This document shows, one piece after another, positions 1-10,531 of a stretch of DNA of 19,183 nucleotides (position 1 is the stretch's first letter; the number at the start of each line of letters is the position of its first letter). The notes beneath the pieces were generated by a model. The model saw only the letters and a program-made list of their open reading frames with translations, was not told the DNA's origin and ran no database searches. This DNA is from Octopus sinensis. Lineage: Eukaryota. Location of the stretch: the NCBI RefSeq assembly GCF_006345805.1, contig NW_021824320.1, forward strand, positions 1-19,183. Direction: 5' to 3'. Both the position numbers and the translations under genes were made by a program.

Positions 1-79
1 AAAGGGTTGAGCACCTATTGAATGCTAGATGCGATGGTACCAGTGGCGAAACTAGGCGGCGGTAGGGGGCATTTGCCGG

Positions 80-895
80 GCACTTGGTGTTGATGATTGA
101 GGGAGTGTTGGTGGTAGTGATGGTTTAGGTGCTGACGCTCTTGGTTGTAATGGTGTGGTTTTGGTGGTAGCGGTGACTGTGGTGGTGGTGGTGGTGGTGG
201 TAGTAGTGGTAGTGGTGGCGTAAATGGCATTTGTGGGGTTGGTGGTTGTAGTGATAGCGGTGGCAATGATGCCGTTTGTGGTAGCGATGGCTGTGGTGAT
301 GATAATGGTGGTGGTAGTAGTAGTGGTACTGGTGGCATTGATAGAGTATGAGATGTTGGTGGTTGCGGTGGTTTTGGTTGTTGCTTTGGTGTAGTGTTGT
401 TGTTGTCGTTAGTGGTGTGTAGCGTTTCAGGTGGTGGAGACGTTGATGATGGCTGTGATGTTAGTAGTGATGGTGCTGGTGTATAGGTGGTAGTACTGCT
501 AGTGGTTAAGTTGGTGGTGATCATCTTGGTTGTATTGGTATTGACATGATAGAGGTGGTGGTGGTGGTGGTGATGGAGGTAGTTGCAAGTGCTGGGGTAA
601 TGATGGTAGTGGTGGAGGTATATGTAGCTGCAGGTGGTGGTTGGTGTGATGGTAGGGAAGGTGGCGTTGTCGTTGGTGATGTCGGCGGCGGTTCGATGTG
701 GGTATTGAAGGGGGTTGTCGTGGGTGAGTAGGCGGTGGGGTGGACTTCTTTTGAAACTAGTGGGGGTAAGGTGGGATAAGATGGGTGTGGTTTAGGGTAG
801 GCGAAGGGTTCTGTTTGGTGTGAAGGTGATGGTGGTGTGATGGGGTGGTGGTGGGGTGGTGGTGGTAGTGTAGGGGTGGTTGTGGCAGTGGGTGT
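80..895. repeat. Degenerate (GGT/GAT/GTT)n trinucleotide low-complexity tract
   Basis: Continuous GGT-type triplets. The Pro/Thr- and Val/Gly-rich ORFs (15..524, 521..1195, 546..731) are its translations. Confidence 0.9.
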
Positions 896-964
896 GAGCC
901 AACAATTGGCACCGTTCCCGCCGCCTGATCTTTTGGCTCTGATTTCACTCAATGATTCAGGGAC

Positions 965-1351
965 ACACGGACAGACAGACAGACAGACCAGCAGGCAGAC
1001 AAACAGACAGGCAGGCAGGCAGACAGACAGACAGACAAACAGACAGGCAAGCAGACAGACAGGCAAGCAGACAGACAGGCTGTCTGACATGTTGTGGAAC
1101 AGTAAGAGAGAAGAGATGCATTTATGTATGTCTCTCTCTCTCTTTCTCTCTCTCTCTCTATATATATATGTAGGTATATACACACATATATACATATATT
1201 TAATATAGACATGTAGCTAAGTAAGTATGTATATATATATATATATATAATATATATATATATATATGCACACACTAACACCATATAACCATTATGTAAA
1301 TGTATTTGTGTATATATATATATATATATGTATTTACATATATATATATAT

Positions 1352-1398
<47 letters not shown>

Positions 1399-1957
1399 AT
1401 TATATATATATAATGCATGTATGCATGTATGCATGTATGTATGCATGTATGAATGTATGTGTGTATAAATGTGTGTATACATTATTGTATACACTCTCGC
1501 AAACATGCAATTGTATTAAAGAAAAGGAAAGAGACACTGAAATAAAGAGCAGGAAAGAAGATAAAGAGATAGAGAGAGAGACAGACAGACAGACAGATAG
1601 ACAGAGAGAAAGAGAGAGGGAAACAGGGAGAGAGAGAGAGAGAGGGAAGAAAGAAAGACAGGAAAATAGAGAGAAAGAGGGGGAGAGTAAGAAGGGGAGT
1701 AGGGGTTGAATAGATTGGACAAAATTGGCCAAGGCTGGAATTCGTAAAGTTCGTCTGCTCGGTTTGTAGTGAGTCGCTTGCCAAATTAGAGATATATTTT
1801 TATAATCATATACATGTATGTATGTATGTATGTATGTATGTATGTATCTATGTATGTATGTATGTATATACACACATATTTTACACACACTATATATATA
1901 TATATACATTTATGTACGTCTGTAAATAAATAGGTATGTGTGCGAGTGCGGGTCTGT

Positions 1958-2029
<72 letters not shown>

Positions 2030-2046
2030 ACATATATATATGTATG

Positions 2047-2098
<52 letters not shown>

Positions 2099-2194
2099 AT
2101 ATTATATATATATATATATATACATACAAACATACATATATTTACACATATAGATAAGTAGATAAGTGTGAGCGTATATATAAACATATATTAT

Positions 2195-2240
<46 letters not shown>

Positions 2241-2450
2241 TGTATGTATGTATCATAAATAGATATTGTGAACTATATTTTGAATATATGCGCATATATA
2301 TATATATACAACATATACAAACGGAGACCAATATGTGCCACAAAGAATAACTGCATATACACACACATTCATACACCCACATATACATACACACATCCTC
2401 ACCATAGACGTGCACATATGCATACCAATATATACATGTGTGTGTGGGGG
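965..2450. repeat. Compound microsatellite field: (GACA/GGCA)n, (TC)n, (TA)n, (TATG)n, (GA)n purine tract, (CA)n
   Basis: Directly visible. Only a short complex island at ~1705-1790 interrupts it. Confidence 0.95.
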
Positions 2451-2860
2451 GGATGTTAGGGGGTGTACGTGTGTAGGCCTTTCCGGCAGAAAGTAATTCA
2501 TAAATTAAGGTGGAGGGGATTACTTCATTGTAAAGTTAACATATAGAATGTATGATAACAGTCTGACTGTAATGGCAACCCCGCACGGGAATATTATCGA
2601 AAGAAACAAACAAACAAACGAAAACAAAAGAAAAGAAAAGAAAGAAAAGACAGAAGAAAGAAACGAAGAAGTCAGTTACATAAATATATATATATATACA
2701 AGTACGCTAAAATGGCTGACTTTGTGTTTCGAGAATGTTCCGCCGTGATTTAAATCCAATGAGTGCAAGAAGGCTGTGATTTTGAAGGGGAATTTGCTCA
2801 TTTTATTTTGTAGCAGGTCGAACAAGGAACTTCAGGCCCTTTTTGCTCGTTCGTTATGAT

Positions 2861-3092
2861 GACGGGCGAGCTGGCAGAAACGTTAGCACGCCGGGCGAAA
2901 TGCGTAGCCGCATTTCGTCTGCCGTTACGTTCTGAGTTCAATCTCTGCCGAGGTCGACTTTGCCTTTCATCCTTTCGGGGTCGATTAAATAAGTACCAGT
3001 TACGCACTGGGGTCGATATAATCGACTTAATCCGTTTGTCTGTCCTTGTTTGTCCCCTCTGTGATTAGCCCCTTGTGGGTAGTAAAGAAATA
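2861..3092 (+). mobile_element. tRNA-headed SINE, family B, monomer, followed by a (TTA)n tail (3093-3141)
   Basis: A-box-like TGGCAGAAACGTTAG and B-box-like GAGTTCAATCTC. The body is the near-exact reverse complement of the array unit at 10532-12297 and is homologous to 7150-7369. Confidence 0.85.
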
Positions 3093-3093
3093 A

Positions 3094-3142
<49 letters not shown>

Positions 3143-3500
3143 TTGCTGCGGAGTGCATCGGACGTGTTTTCGGACGTTCCAAGTAAGTTCAGTTTAAAAC
3201 ACCAGTTTACACCAGTTTGGTGCCGTTTTACATTTTGTTTACATTTTGTTTCAAGTCGTTACTAGAAACACCAGGAACTTCCCACTGATCTTTCTGTGGT
3301 TGTTCGGCTCCTCGCGGGACCCCATATTCGGCCTACCAAATAAGTTCGGTGGAGTTTTAATCACGTACAATTCAACAAGAGGGCGACAAGACAAAACAAT
3401 GTACATGATAACACCTCCAATTAGTTAAGGTAAGAAGCCATGAGAGCCATTGCCTCATCAGGGCATCATTATTAGTATTATTATTACACTCTCTCTCTCT

Positions 3501-3698
3501 CTTTTACTCTTTTACTTGTTTCAGTCATTTGACTGCAGCCATGCTGGAGCACCGCCTTTAGTCGACCAAATCGACCCCGGGACTTATTCTTTGTAAGACT
3601 TATTCTATCGGTCTCTTTTGCCGAACCACTAAGTAACGGAGACGTAAACACACCATCATCGGTTGTCAAGCAATGCTAGGGGGACAAACACAAACACA

Positions 3699-3742
<44 letters not shown>

Positions 3743-3931
3743 CATATATACATATATACATATATACGACAGGCTTCTTTCAGTTTCCGTCTACCAAATC
3801 CACTCACAAGGCATTGGTCGGCCCGGGGCTATAGCAGAAGACACTTGCCCAAGATGCCACGCAGTGGGGCTGAACCCGGAACCATGTGGCTGGTTAGCAA
3901 GCTACTTACCACACTGCCACTCCTGCGCCTA
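3501..3931 (-). mobile_element. tRNA-headed CORE-like SINE, family A, with an internal (CA)/(TA) microsatellite
   Basis: The reverse complement matches 9171-9571 over its length. Minus-strand head GGCGCAGGAGTGGCAGTGTGGTAAG, B-box GGTTCAGCCCC, and CTTGGGCAAGTG resembling the MIR/CORE motif. Confidence 0.85.
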
Positions 3932-4167
3932 CACTGGTCTACAAGGTTTTTAGTGTTTAGGAAATAGACATCATTCCTATACAAAATCGGTCTCCTGAAT
4001 CCAAATATAACCTTTTTGATCTATCAGATCTAGTTATTAAGTTATTGAACATCCCTATAGTCACTATGTATGTGTGCACGTCTAGTATGCGGTATTCGTT
4101 TCTTTATTCTAAGTTTTTTTTTCTTTTCCATACTTTTTAGATGTTGTGGTGAACTAAGCAATAGAAA

Positions 4168-6150
4168 ATGAGCAAGACGTCCTCTTCAAGAAAGTGTTGC
4201 GTTAATTCTCCAAACGTGCTTTGTTATGTTTCTGGAGAATACACATTACCTGAAAATCGAAAAAAAAACATCACTGATTTTGCTGAAAGAAAGTAAATGA
4301 CATATTTTGGGGGTCAAACTGGGAAACCAAGATAAATATTGGGCACCGCATAGTGTCTGCAAACAATGCACAGAACATTCGCAACAATGGACTAAAGGGA
4401 CAGGGAAAAGTATGAGGTTTGCTACACCAATGGTATGGCAGGAGCCCTTTAGTCACGTGGACGACTGCTATTTTTGTAACCTAAATTTGAAAGGTATTAA
4501 CCGGAAAAATCGATAAACACTTGTCTATCCTAAACTTGCCTCTTCTATTAGACCGGTTCCAATCAGTGGAGAGCTTCCTGTTCCTGTCTTCAATGTCTTG
4601 CCTCAGATAACTTCACCCTCAACTGAAGAAATTTCATCACCTGAAGATGACATTAGATAGAGATCAAGACTTTTCAGTTGAGACTTTACCTCAAGTATTC
4701 TCCCAGGTAGATCTGAATGATCCAGTTCATGACTTGAACCGTCAAAAAAATTGTACTGAACCTTTGGATTCTCGACTGAAAGAGAAGAAAGAGAAGAATA
4801 TTCTAGAGAATGGTGTCCTTGTAATATTTTATCGGAGTCAGTATGAAGAGTTCCTTTCTTTTTTTATAAAAGAGGAAGAATTGGTTTACTGCAGGGATGT
4901 CAGTGGACTTCTTAATAAATTTGGCATTGAGGAATACAAATCAGAGGAATGTCGTCTTTTCAGAGACGGCTCTAAGCGTAGTTTAAAATATCTATTGTTG
5001 CACAATGGAAATGTGTATGGATCTGTCTCATTTGGCCACTCAACAACTCTGAAGAAAAATATGAAAAAGTTAAGTTGGCTATAAATGGGTCATCTGCGTT
5101 GACTTAAAGATGGTGAAGTTTCTCATGGGACAGTGATCTGGTTATACCAAATACCCATGCTTTCTTTGCATGTTGGACAGTTGAGACCGAGTAAACCACT
5201 ATGTTAAGAAAGACTGGCCGCCTCGAACAAATATGGCTCCTGTATATTGGAAGAACCTTTAGCTGAGCGAGATAAGATAATTTCCCCCCACCCTTTGCAC
5301 GTCAAACTCGGATTGATCAAGCAATTCGTCAAAGCTCTTGATGAAAATGGGGAGTGCTTCAAGTATATATGCGGTGTATTTCCAGACTTGACGATTGAAA
5401 AACTTAAAGCAGGAATTTTTGATGGGCCACAGATCCGTAAGCTCTTGAAGGACACAAATTTCGTGAAAGTAATGAACGAAAATGAAGCATCAGCTTGGCT
5501 AACCTTTACAGAAGCAGTGCAAAATTTCCTTGGGAAACACCAAAGTGAAAACTATAAAGACCTTGTTACCAACTTGATATCAACTTTTCGTGAGATTGGC
5601 GCGGGACACAGGTTCGTTCCAGGGTTACAGCCCAGCAATTTTTAGAGGAAGGGACAGGACAAATTAATTGCGTCGACCCCAGTACATGACTGGTATTTTA
5701 TTTTATGTTGTGCATACTATAAATTCCTCGATTTTGTTTTTATATTTAACTCGATGTGGCGTGATGCAGAATTGTTTGCGCGTCGGACAAAATGCTCAGC
5801 CACATCTCTTCCGGCTCTTTACGTTCTAAATTCAAATTTCACCGAAGTCAGCTTTGTCTTTCATCATTTCAGAGTCGATAGAATAAAGTACCAGTCATGC
5901 ACTGGGGTCACTGCAAGACTAACCTCTTCAATCAAAATGCATTATGTTTTTAGTCATCTTGATTGTTTTCCTGAAAATCTCGGAGATGTTAGCGATGAAG
6001 AAGATGAACAATTCCATCAAGGAGATGGAAACTCGGTACCAAGGACGTTGGGATGCTGTGATGATAGCAGACTATTGCTGGTGTTTAGAATGGGATATTC
6101 CTGTTGCTCAACATTCATGGTGCACAAAGAAATGTCAATTTATTCCTTGA
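4168..6150 (+). pseudogene. Chapaev3-like DDE transposase pseudogene (multiple stops and frameshifts, one 330-bp insertion)
   Basis: Motifs occur in order across frames: ATG 4168 ..KCCVNSPNVLCYVSGEY; GVKLGNQDKYWAPHSVCKQC; PMVWQEPFSHVDDCYFC (N-terminal Zn finger); LFRDGSKRSLK (D 4965); WVICVDLKMV (D 5101); YTKYPCFLC; LHVKLGLIKQFVKALD; KAGIFDGPQIR; SIKMHYVFSH; SDEEDEQFHQ (E 6006); METRYQGRW..ADYCW; stop at 6150. The CxxC and HxxxxH motifs are those shared by CMC and Transib/RAG1-type transposases. Premature TAA at 4294. Confidence 0.9.
5602..5931 (+). repeat. Templated insertion: copy of 9072-9794 without the SINE at 9171-9571
   Basis: Near-identical to 9072-9172 plus 9572-9794. It interrupts the transposase between FREIGA and SIKMH. 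Confidence 0.92.
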
Positions 6151-6263
6151 ATTTTCTGCCAAAAGTCTTAACCAATGTGCATTTTCAATTTTCAATTTTT
6201 ATTTGTACTTGGTATTGTTTTGTGTTACGCTCTCTTTATTGATTCATACTATATACCTTTTGT

Positions 6264-6647
6264 GGAGGCGCAATGGCCCAGTGGTTAGGGCAGCGGACTC
6301 GCGGTCGTAGGATCGTGGTTTCGATTCCCAGACCGGGCGTTGTGAGTGTTTATTGAGCGAAAACACCTAAAGCTCCACGAGGCTCCGGCAGGGATGGTGG
6401 TGATCCCTGCTGTACTCTTTCACCACAACTTTCTCTCACTCTTACTTCCTGTTTCTGTTGTACCTGTATTTCAAAGGGCCGGCCTTGTCACTCTCTGTGT
6501 CACGCTGAATATCCCCGAGAACTACGTTAAGGGTACACGTGTCTGTGGAGTGCTCAGCCACTTACACGTTAATTTCTCGAGCAGGCTGTTCCGTTGATCG
6601 GATCAACCGGAACCCTCGTCGTCGTAACCGACGGAGTGCTTCCATCC
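6264..6647 (+). mobile_element. tRNA-derived SINE, family C, with an 11-bp target-site duplication
   Basis: Head GGAGGCGCAATGGCCCAGTGGTTAGGGCAGCGGACTCG with B box GGTTTCGATTCCC. TSD ATACCTTTTGT at 6253-6263 and 6648-6658. A second copy lies at 12578-12948 (-). Confidence 0.92.
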
Positions 6648-6994
6648 ATACCTTTTGTATGAATAAAATACTTTATCAGGTTCAGTCAGAAAACTAGACC
6701 TGATAGAGAAAATCTGAAGTTATTTTTAACCTTAGCAGGTAAAATCACTTTAGAATTCGTTGAAATATTCAAGGCACCAGACAAAAAGAAAATAAATAAA
6801 ATAAAATAATAATTTGTTGTCCAATGTTATATGCCTCTTGTATAAATAAAATACTTACTCTATCAGGTTCAGTCAGAAAACTTGACTTGACAGAGAAAAA
6901 CTGAAGTTATTTTTGAATTTAGCAGGTAAAATCACTTAAGAATTCACTGAAATATTCCAGGCACCAAAAAAATAATTTTTTTTGTTGCCCAGTG
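6648..6994 (+). repeat. Diverged tandem duplication of the transposon right end (two copies of ~165-180 bp)
   Basis: 6648-6826 and 6831-6994 share AATAAAATACTT..TATCAGGTTCAGTCAGAAAACT..CTGAAGTTATTTTT..TAGCAGGTAAAATCACTT..GAAATATTC..GGCACCA..TTTGTTG. Confidence 0.9.
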
Positions 6995-7146
<152 letters not shown>

Positions 7147-7149
7147 GTG

Positions 7150-7368
7150 AAGGCGGTCTGCTGGCAGAATCGTTAGCACGCTGGACGACATGGTTAGCGG
7201 CATTTCGTCTGTCTCTACGTTCTGAGTTCAAATGCTGCCGTGGTTCGACTTTGCCTTTCATCCTTTGGGGGGTCGATAAAATAGTACCAGTTGAGATATT
7301 GAGATCGATGTAATCGACTATACCCCGCCTCCCGAAAATTTCAGGCCTTGTGCCTATAGTTGAAAAGA

Positions 7369-7369
<1 letters not shown>
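7150..7369 (+). mobile_element. SINE family B, older copy with a different 3' tail
   Basis: Aligns to 2861-3030 (TGGCAGAATCGTTAGCACG..CATTTCGTCTG..TACGTTCTGAGTTCAAAT..GACTTTGCCTTTCATCCTTT). It then ends CCCCGCCTCCCGAAAATTTCAGGCCTTGTGCC followed by (ATT)n. Confidence 0.85.
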
Positions 7370-7370
<1 letters not shown>

Positions 7371-7464
<94 letters not shown>

Positions 7465-7488
7465 GTAATAGTAATAGTAATAATGATA

Positions 7489-7549
<61 letters not shown>

Positions 7550-7570
7550 TAATAACAATAATAATAATAT
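7371..7570. repeat. (ATT)n switching directly to (AAT)n: a palindromic microsatellite
   Basis: ATT run 7371-7427 followed immediately by an AAT run. Confidence 0.95.
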
Positions 7571-7884
7571 TCCGTGGTCTTATTTTAATTGCGTGTTGTT
7601 TTCATTGCGTAACAAGGCGCAGTTTTATGAATTTTTAGATGGCGTCATTTTCATTTGGTTCTGCGCTTTTTTTAGTATTGTGAAAGCACTCCAAGTAATA
7701 TCTGTGATCTGGCCAGCAGTTTAAAATTTAGTGTGATTATTATTATTATTATTATTATTATTATGATAATTCTGTTGTTTTTTTTAATAACTGGAATCTC
7801 GGTTACATATTTTTAAAAATCATTCTCAAGGCACATATTTTGTATATTTCCGCTTTATTGCGACTAACATCTGTGCGAACTCGA

Positions 7885-8605
<721 letters not shown>

Positions 8606-8759
8606 TATTGCGGGAGGGTGAAGAGAGGAATGTTACTTCTCATGAACTCCGAGCATACTGACATACATAAAAGCCAGACACGGGATAAAAATCTATGAAG
8701 TATGTAGCACTTGTTAAAGTACATAGATAAATCATAGATAGCAGTAAATATATATATGT

Positions 8760-9060
8760 TGTCAAGACGCAGAAGTCTCGTAATTTGATGTAGGACAATT
8801 CAGAATTCGTAACAATCATAATACGCCCAAGGGCACCGACTCAGTAAGAACTGGCTTCGAGCAAGGATCGAGTCTGCATCGCAGGCTCTGTTCACAGGGT
8901 ATTTGCTGTAGAGTTCAAAAGCCCTTTGGCACCACCGACACTTCCTCGAAACGTAATACCTGTGGTGCAGTGCTTATAAATTCTATTTTACATATACTTT
9001 TCTTGAAGCCGAGGACTCGGCTGGTTATTTGGTGCCCGTGGCGACATCAAGATCTCGACA
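8760..9060. mobile_element. Possible solo LTR (301 bp, TG...CA)
   Basis: Complex island bounded by TGTCAAGA and TCTCGACA (7/8 inverted match), with an internal TATAAA. No TSD is recognisable. Confidence 0.3.
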
Positions 9061-9170
9061 TTCTCCCTGCACGGGACACAGGTTCGATGCAGGGTTACAG
9101 CCCAGCAATTTTTAGAGGAAGAGACAGGACAAATTAATTGCGTCGACCCCAGTATTTTATTTTATGTTGT

Positions 9171-9571
9171 GCAGGAGTGGCTGTGTGGTAAGTAGCTTGC
9201 TTACCAACCTCATGGTTCCGGGTTCAGTCCCACTGCGTGGCATCTTGGGCAAGTGTCTTCTACTATAGCCTCGGGCCAACCAAAGTCTTGTGAGTGGATT
9301 TGGTAGACGAAAACTGAAAGAAGCCCGTCGTATATATGTATGTATATATATATATGTGTGTGTGTATGTTTGTGTATCTGTGTTTGTTCCCCTAGCATTG
9401 CTTGACAACCGATGCTGGTGTGTTTACGTCCCCGTCACTTAGCGGTTCGGCAAAAGAGACCGATAGAATAAGTACTGGGCTTACAAAGAATATGTCCTGG
9501 GGTCGATTTGCTCGACTAAAGGCGGTGCTCCAGCATGGCCGCAGTCAAATGACTGAAACAAGTAAAAGAGT
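9171..9571 (+). mobile_element. SINE family A, inserted without a TSD
   Basis: Homologous to 3501-3931. The empty site TTGTGC|ATACTAT is preserved at ~5708-5720. Confidence 0.9.
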
Positions 9572-9613
9572 ATACTATAAATTCCTCGATTTTGTTTTTC
9601 TATTTAACTCGAT

Positions 9614-9815
9614 GTGGCGTGATGCAGAATTGTTTGCGCGTTGGACAAAATGCTCAGCCACATCTCTTCCGGCTCTTTACGTTCTAAATTCAAATTTCAC
9701 CGAAGTCAGCTTTGTCTTTCATCATTTCAGAGTCGATAGAATAAAGTACCAGTCATGCACTGGGGTCACTGCAAGACTAACCCCTTCTCTTCAAAACAAC
9801 TGATCTTAAGCCCTA
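9614..9815 (+). mobile_element. Highly diverged SINE family B copy, with an inverted 3' fragment of the same family at ~9095-9165
   Basis: TACGTTCTAAATTCAAATTTCACCGAAGTCAGCTTTGTCTTTCATCATTTCAGAGTCGAT..AAGTACCAGT..CACTGGGGTC aligns to the family B body. Confidence 0.75.
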
Positions 9816-10048
9816 ATCCTGCAACAGACAAGCGTCCCTTCTAGGAGAAAGGTTGTGATCTCGGTCATTTACATACTATGGAAACCTAGAGTTCAAGAAA
9901 AGAAGAAAAAAAACAAACTATTATGTTTTTGTATATAGATTTATTATTTGTCTATTTAAATCCTACATTTAATAGTATGAACTCTCACAGCAGAGATTCA
10001 GAGGAATATACAGGCAGTGAAAATGAGATGCTACCGCAATGTGTATGT

Positions 10049-10104
10049 GTCGTTTTGGCGCTGCCGTTTTGGCGCAGCTGTTTTGGCGCAGCCGTTTTGG
10101 CGTT
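10049..10104. repeat. 14-bp tandem repeat x4 (GCCGTTTTGGCGCA)
   Basis: Units start at 10049, 10063, 10077 and 10091. An inverted remnant GTCGCCAAAA lies at ~10505-10514. Confidence 0.85.
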
Positions 10105-10277
10105 GCTTATTCCATGCTGATTTATTTGACATCAGACATTTTAATGTTTCTCGCATTCTCCGTTTTTGTCTCTCCCCTACTTCTATCTGTTTACATATGT
10201 GAGCATATTTGTCATATGTGTGTATGAGAAGAGGAGAAAGAGGAGAAAGTGCTTGAGTTCAATTAATAAAATGTAAG

Positions 10278-10470
10278 GTCTCTCTCTCTCCTCTTATCTA
10301 TCCCTTTCCCTTCTCTCTCCCTCTCTATTCCCTCATTCTCGCTTCCCTCTCCTACTATCCCCTCCATCTCCCTTTCCCAATCTCTCCCTTTCTCCCCTCC
10401 TCTCCACTACCTCTCCATTTCTCTTCCCTCTCCATCTCCCCACCTTTCCATTCCCTCTACATTTATCCCC
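10278..10470. repeat. Polypyrimidine (CT-rich) low-complexity tract
   Basis: About 190 bp of mostly C/T on the + strand. Confidence 0.9.
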
Positions 10471-10531
10471 TACGGCACCCGCATTTCCAGTTCCCAAAAG
10501 TTCTGTCGCCAAAAATAAAACAGGTTGAATG

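Larger units (their letters stand above)
3932..6994 (+). mobile_element. Chapaev3-type (CMC superfamily) DNA transposon, full-length but inactivated
   Basis: Left end CACTGGTCTACAA (3932). Right ends TTGTTGTCCAATG (6826) and TTGTTGCCCAGTG (6994). Subterminal CTATCAGATCTAGTT (4021-4035) matches the reverse complement of AACTAGACCTGATAG (~6692-6706) at 14/15. These ends enclose a decayed transposase. Confidence 0.85.

Noticed and set aside
15-1284. Mucin/extensin-like Pro/Thr-rich or Gly-rich proteins
   Set aside because: Open frames arise from trinucleotide and tetranucleotide repeats on both strands, with no domain or splice support.
1705-1790. Micro-exon ending at GTGAGT
   Set aside because: No polypyrimidine tract upstream and no recognisable peptide.
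1230-2240. Regular TT/AA phase shifts inside (TA)n tracts as a signal
   Set aside because: Consistent with slippage or long-read single-base indel errors. No informative periodicity was seen.
3255-3429. Host coding exon (TTTCAAG acceptor, GTAAGA donor)
   Set aside because: All three + frames contain a stop, and no peptide is recognisable. A non-coding exon cannot be excluded.
4168-6150. Intact or domesticated RAG1-like gene
   Set aside because: Multiple stops, frameshifts and an insertion, with TIRs still present. It is a decayed transposon.
6264-6340. Functional tRNA gene (also the heads at 9171, 12298-12347 and 12875-12948)
   Set aside because: The tRNA-like heads run into SINE bodies, are multicopy, show no convincing acceptor stem, and one is flanked by a TSD.
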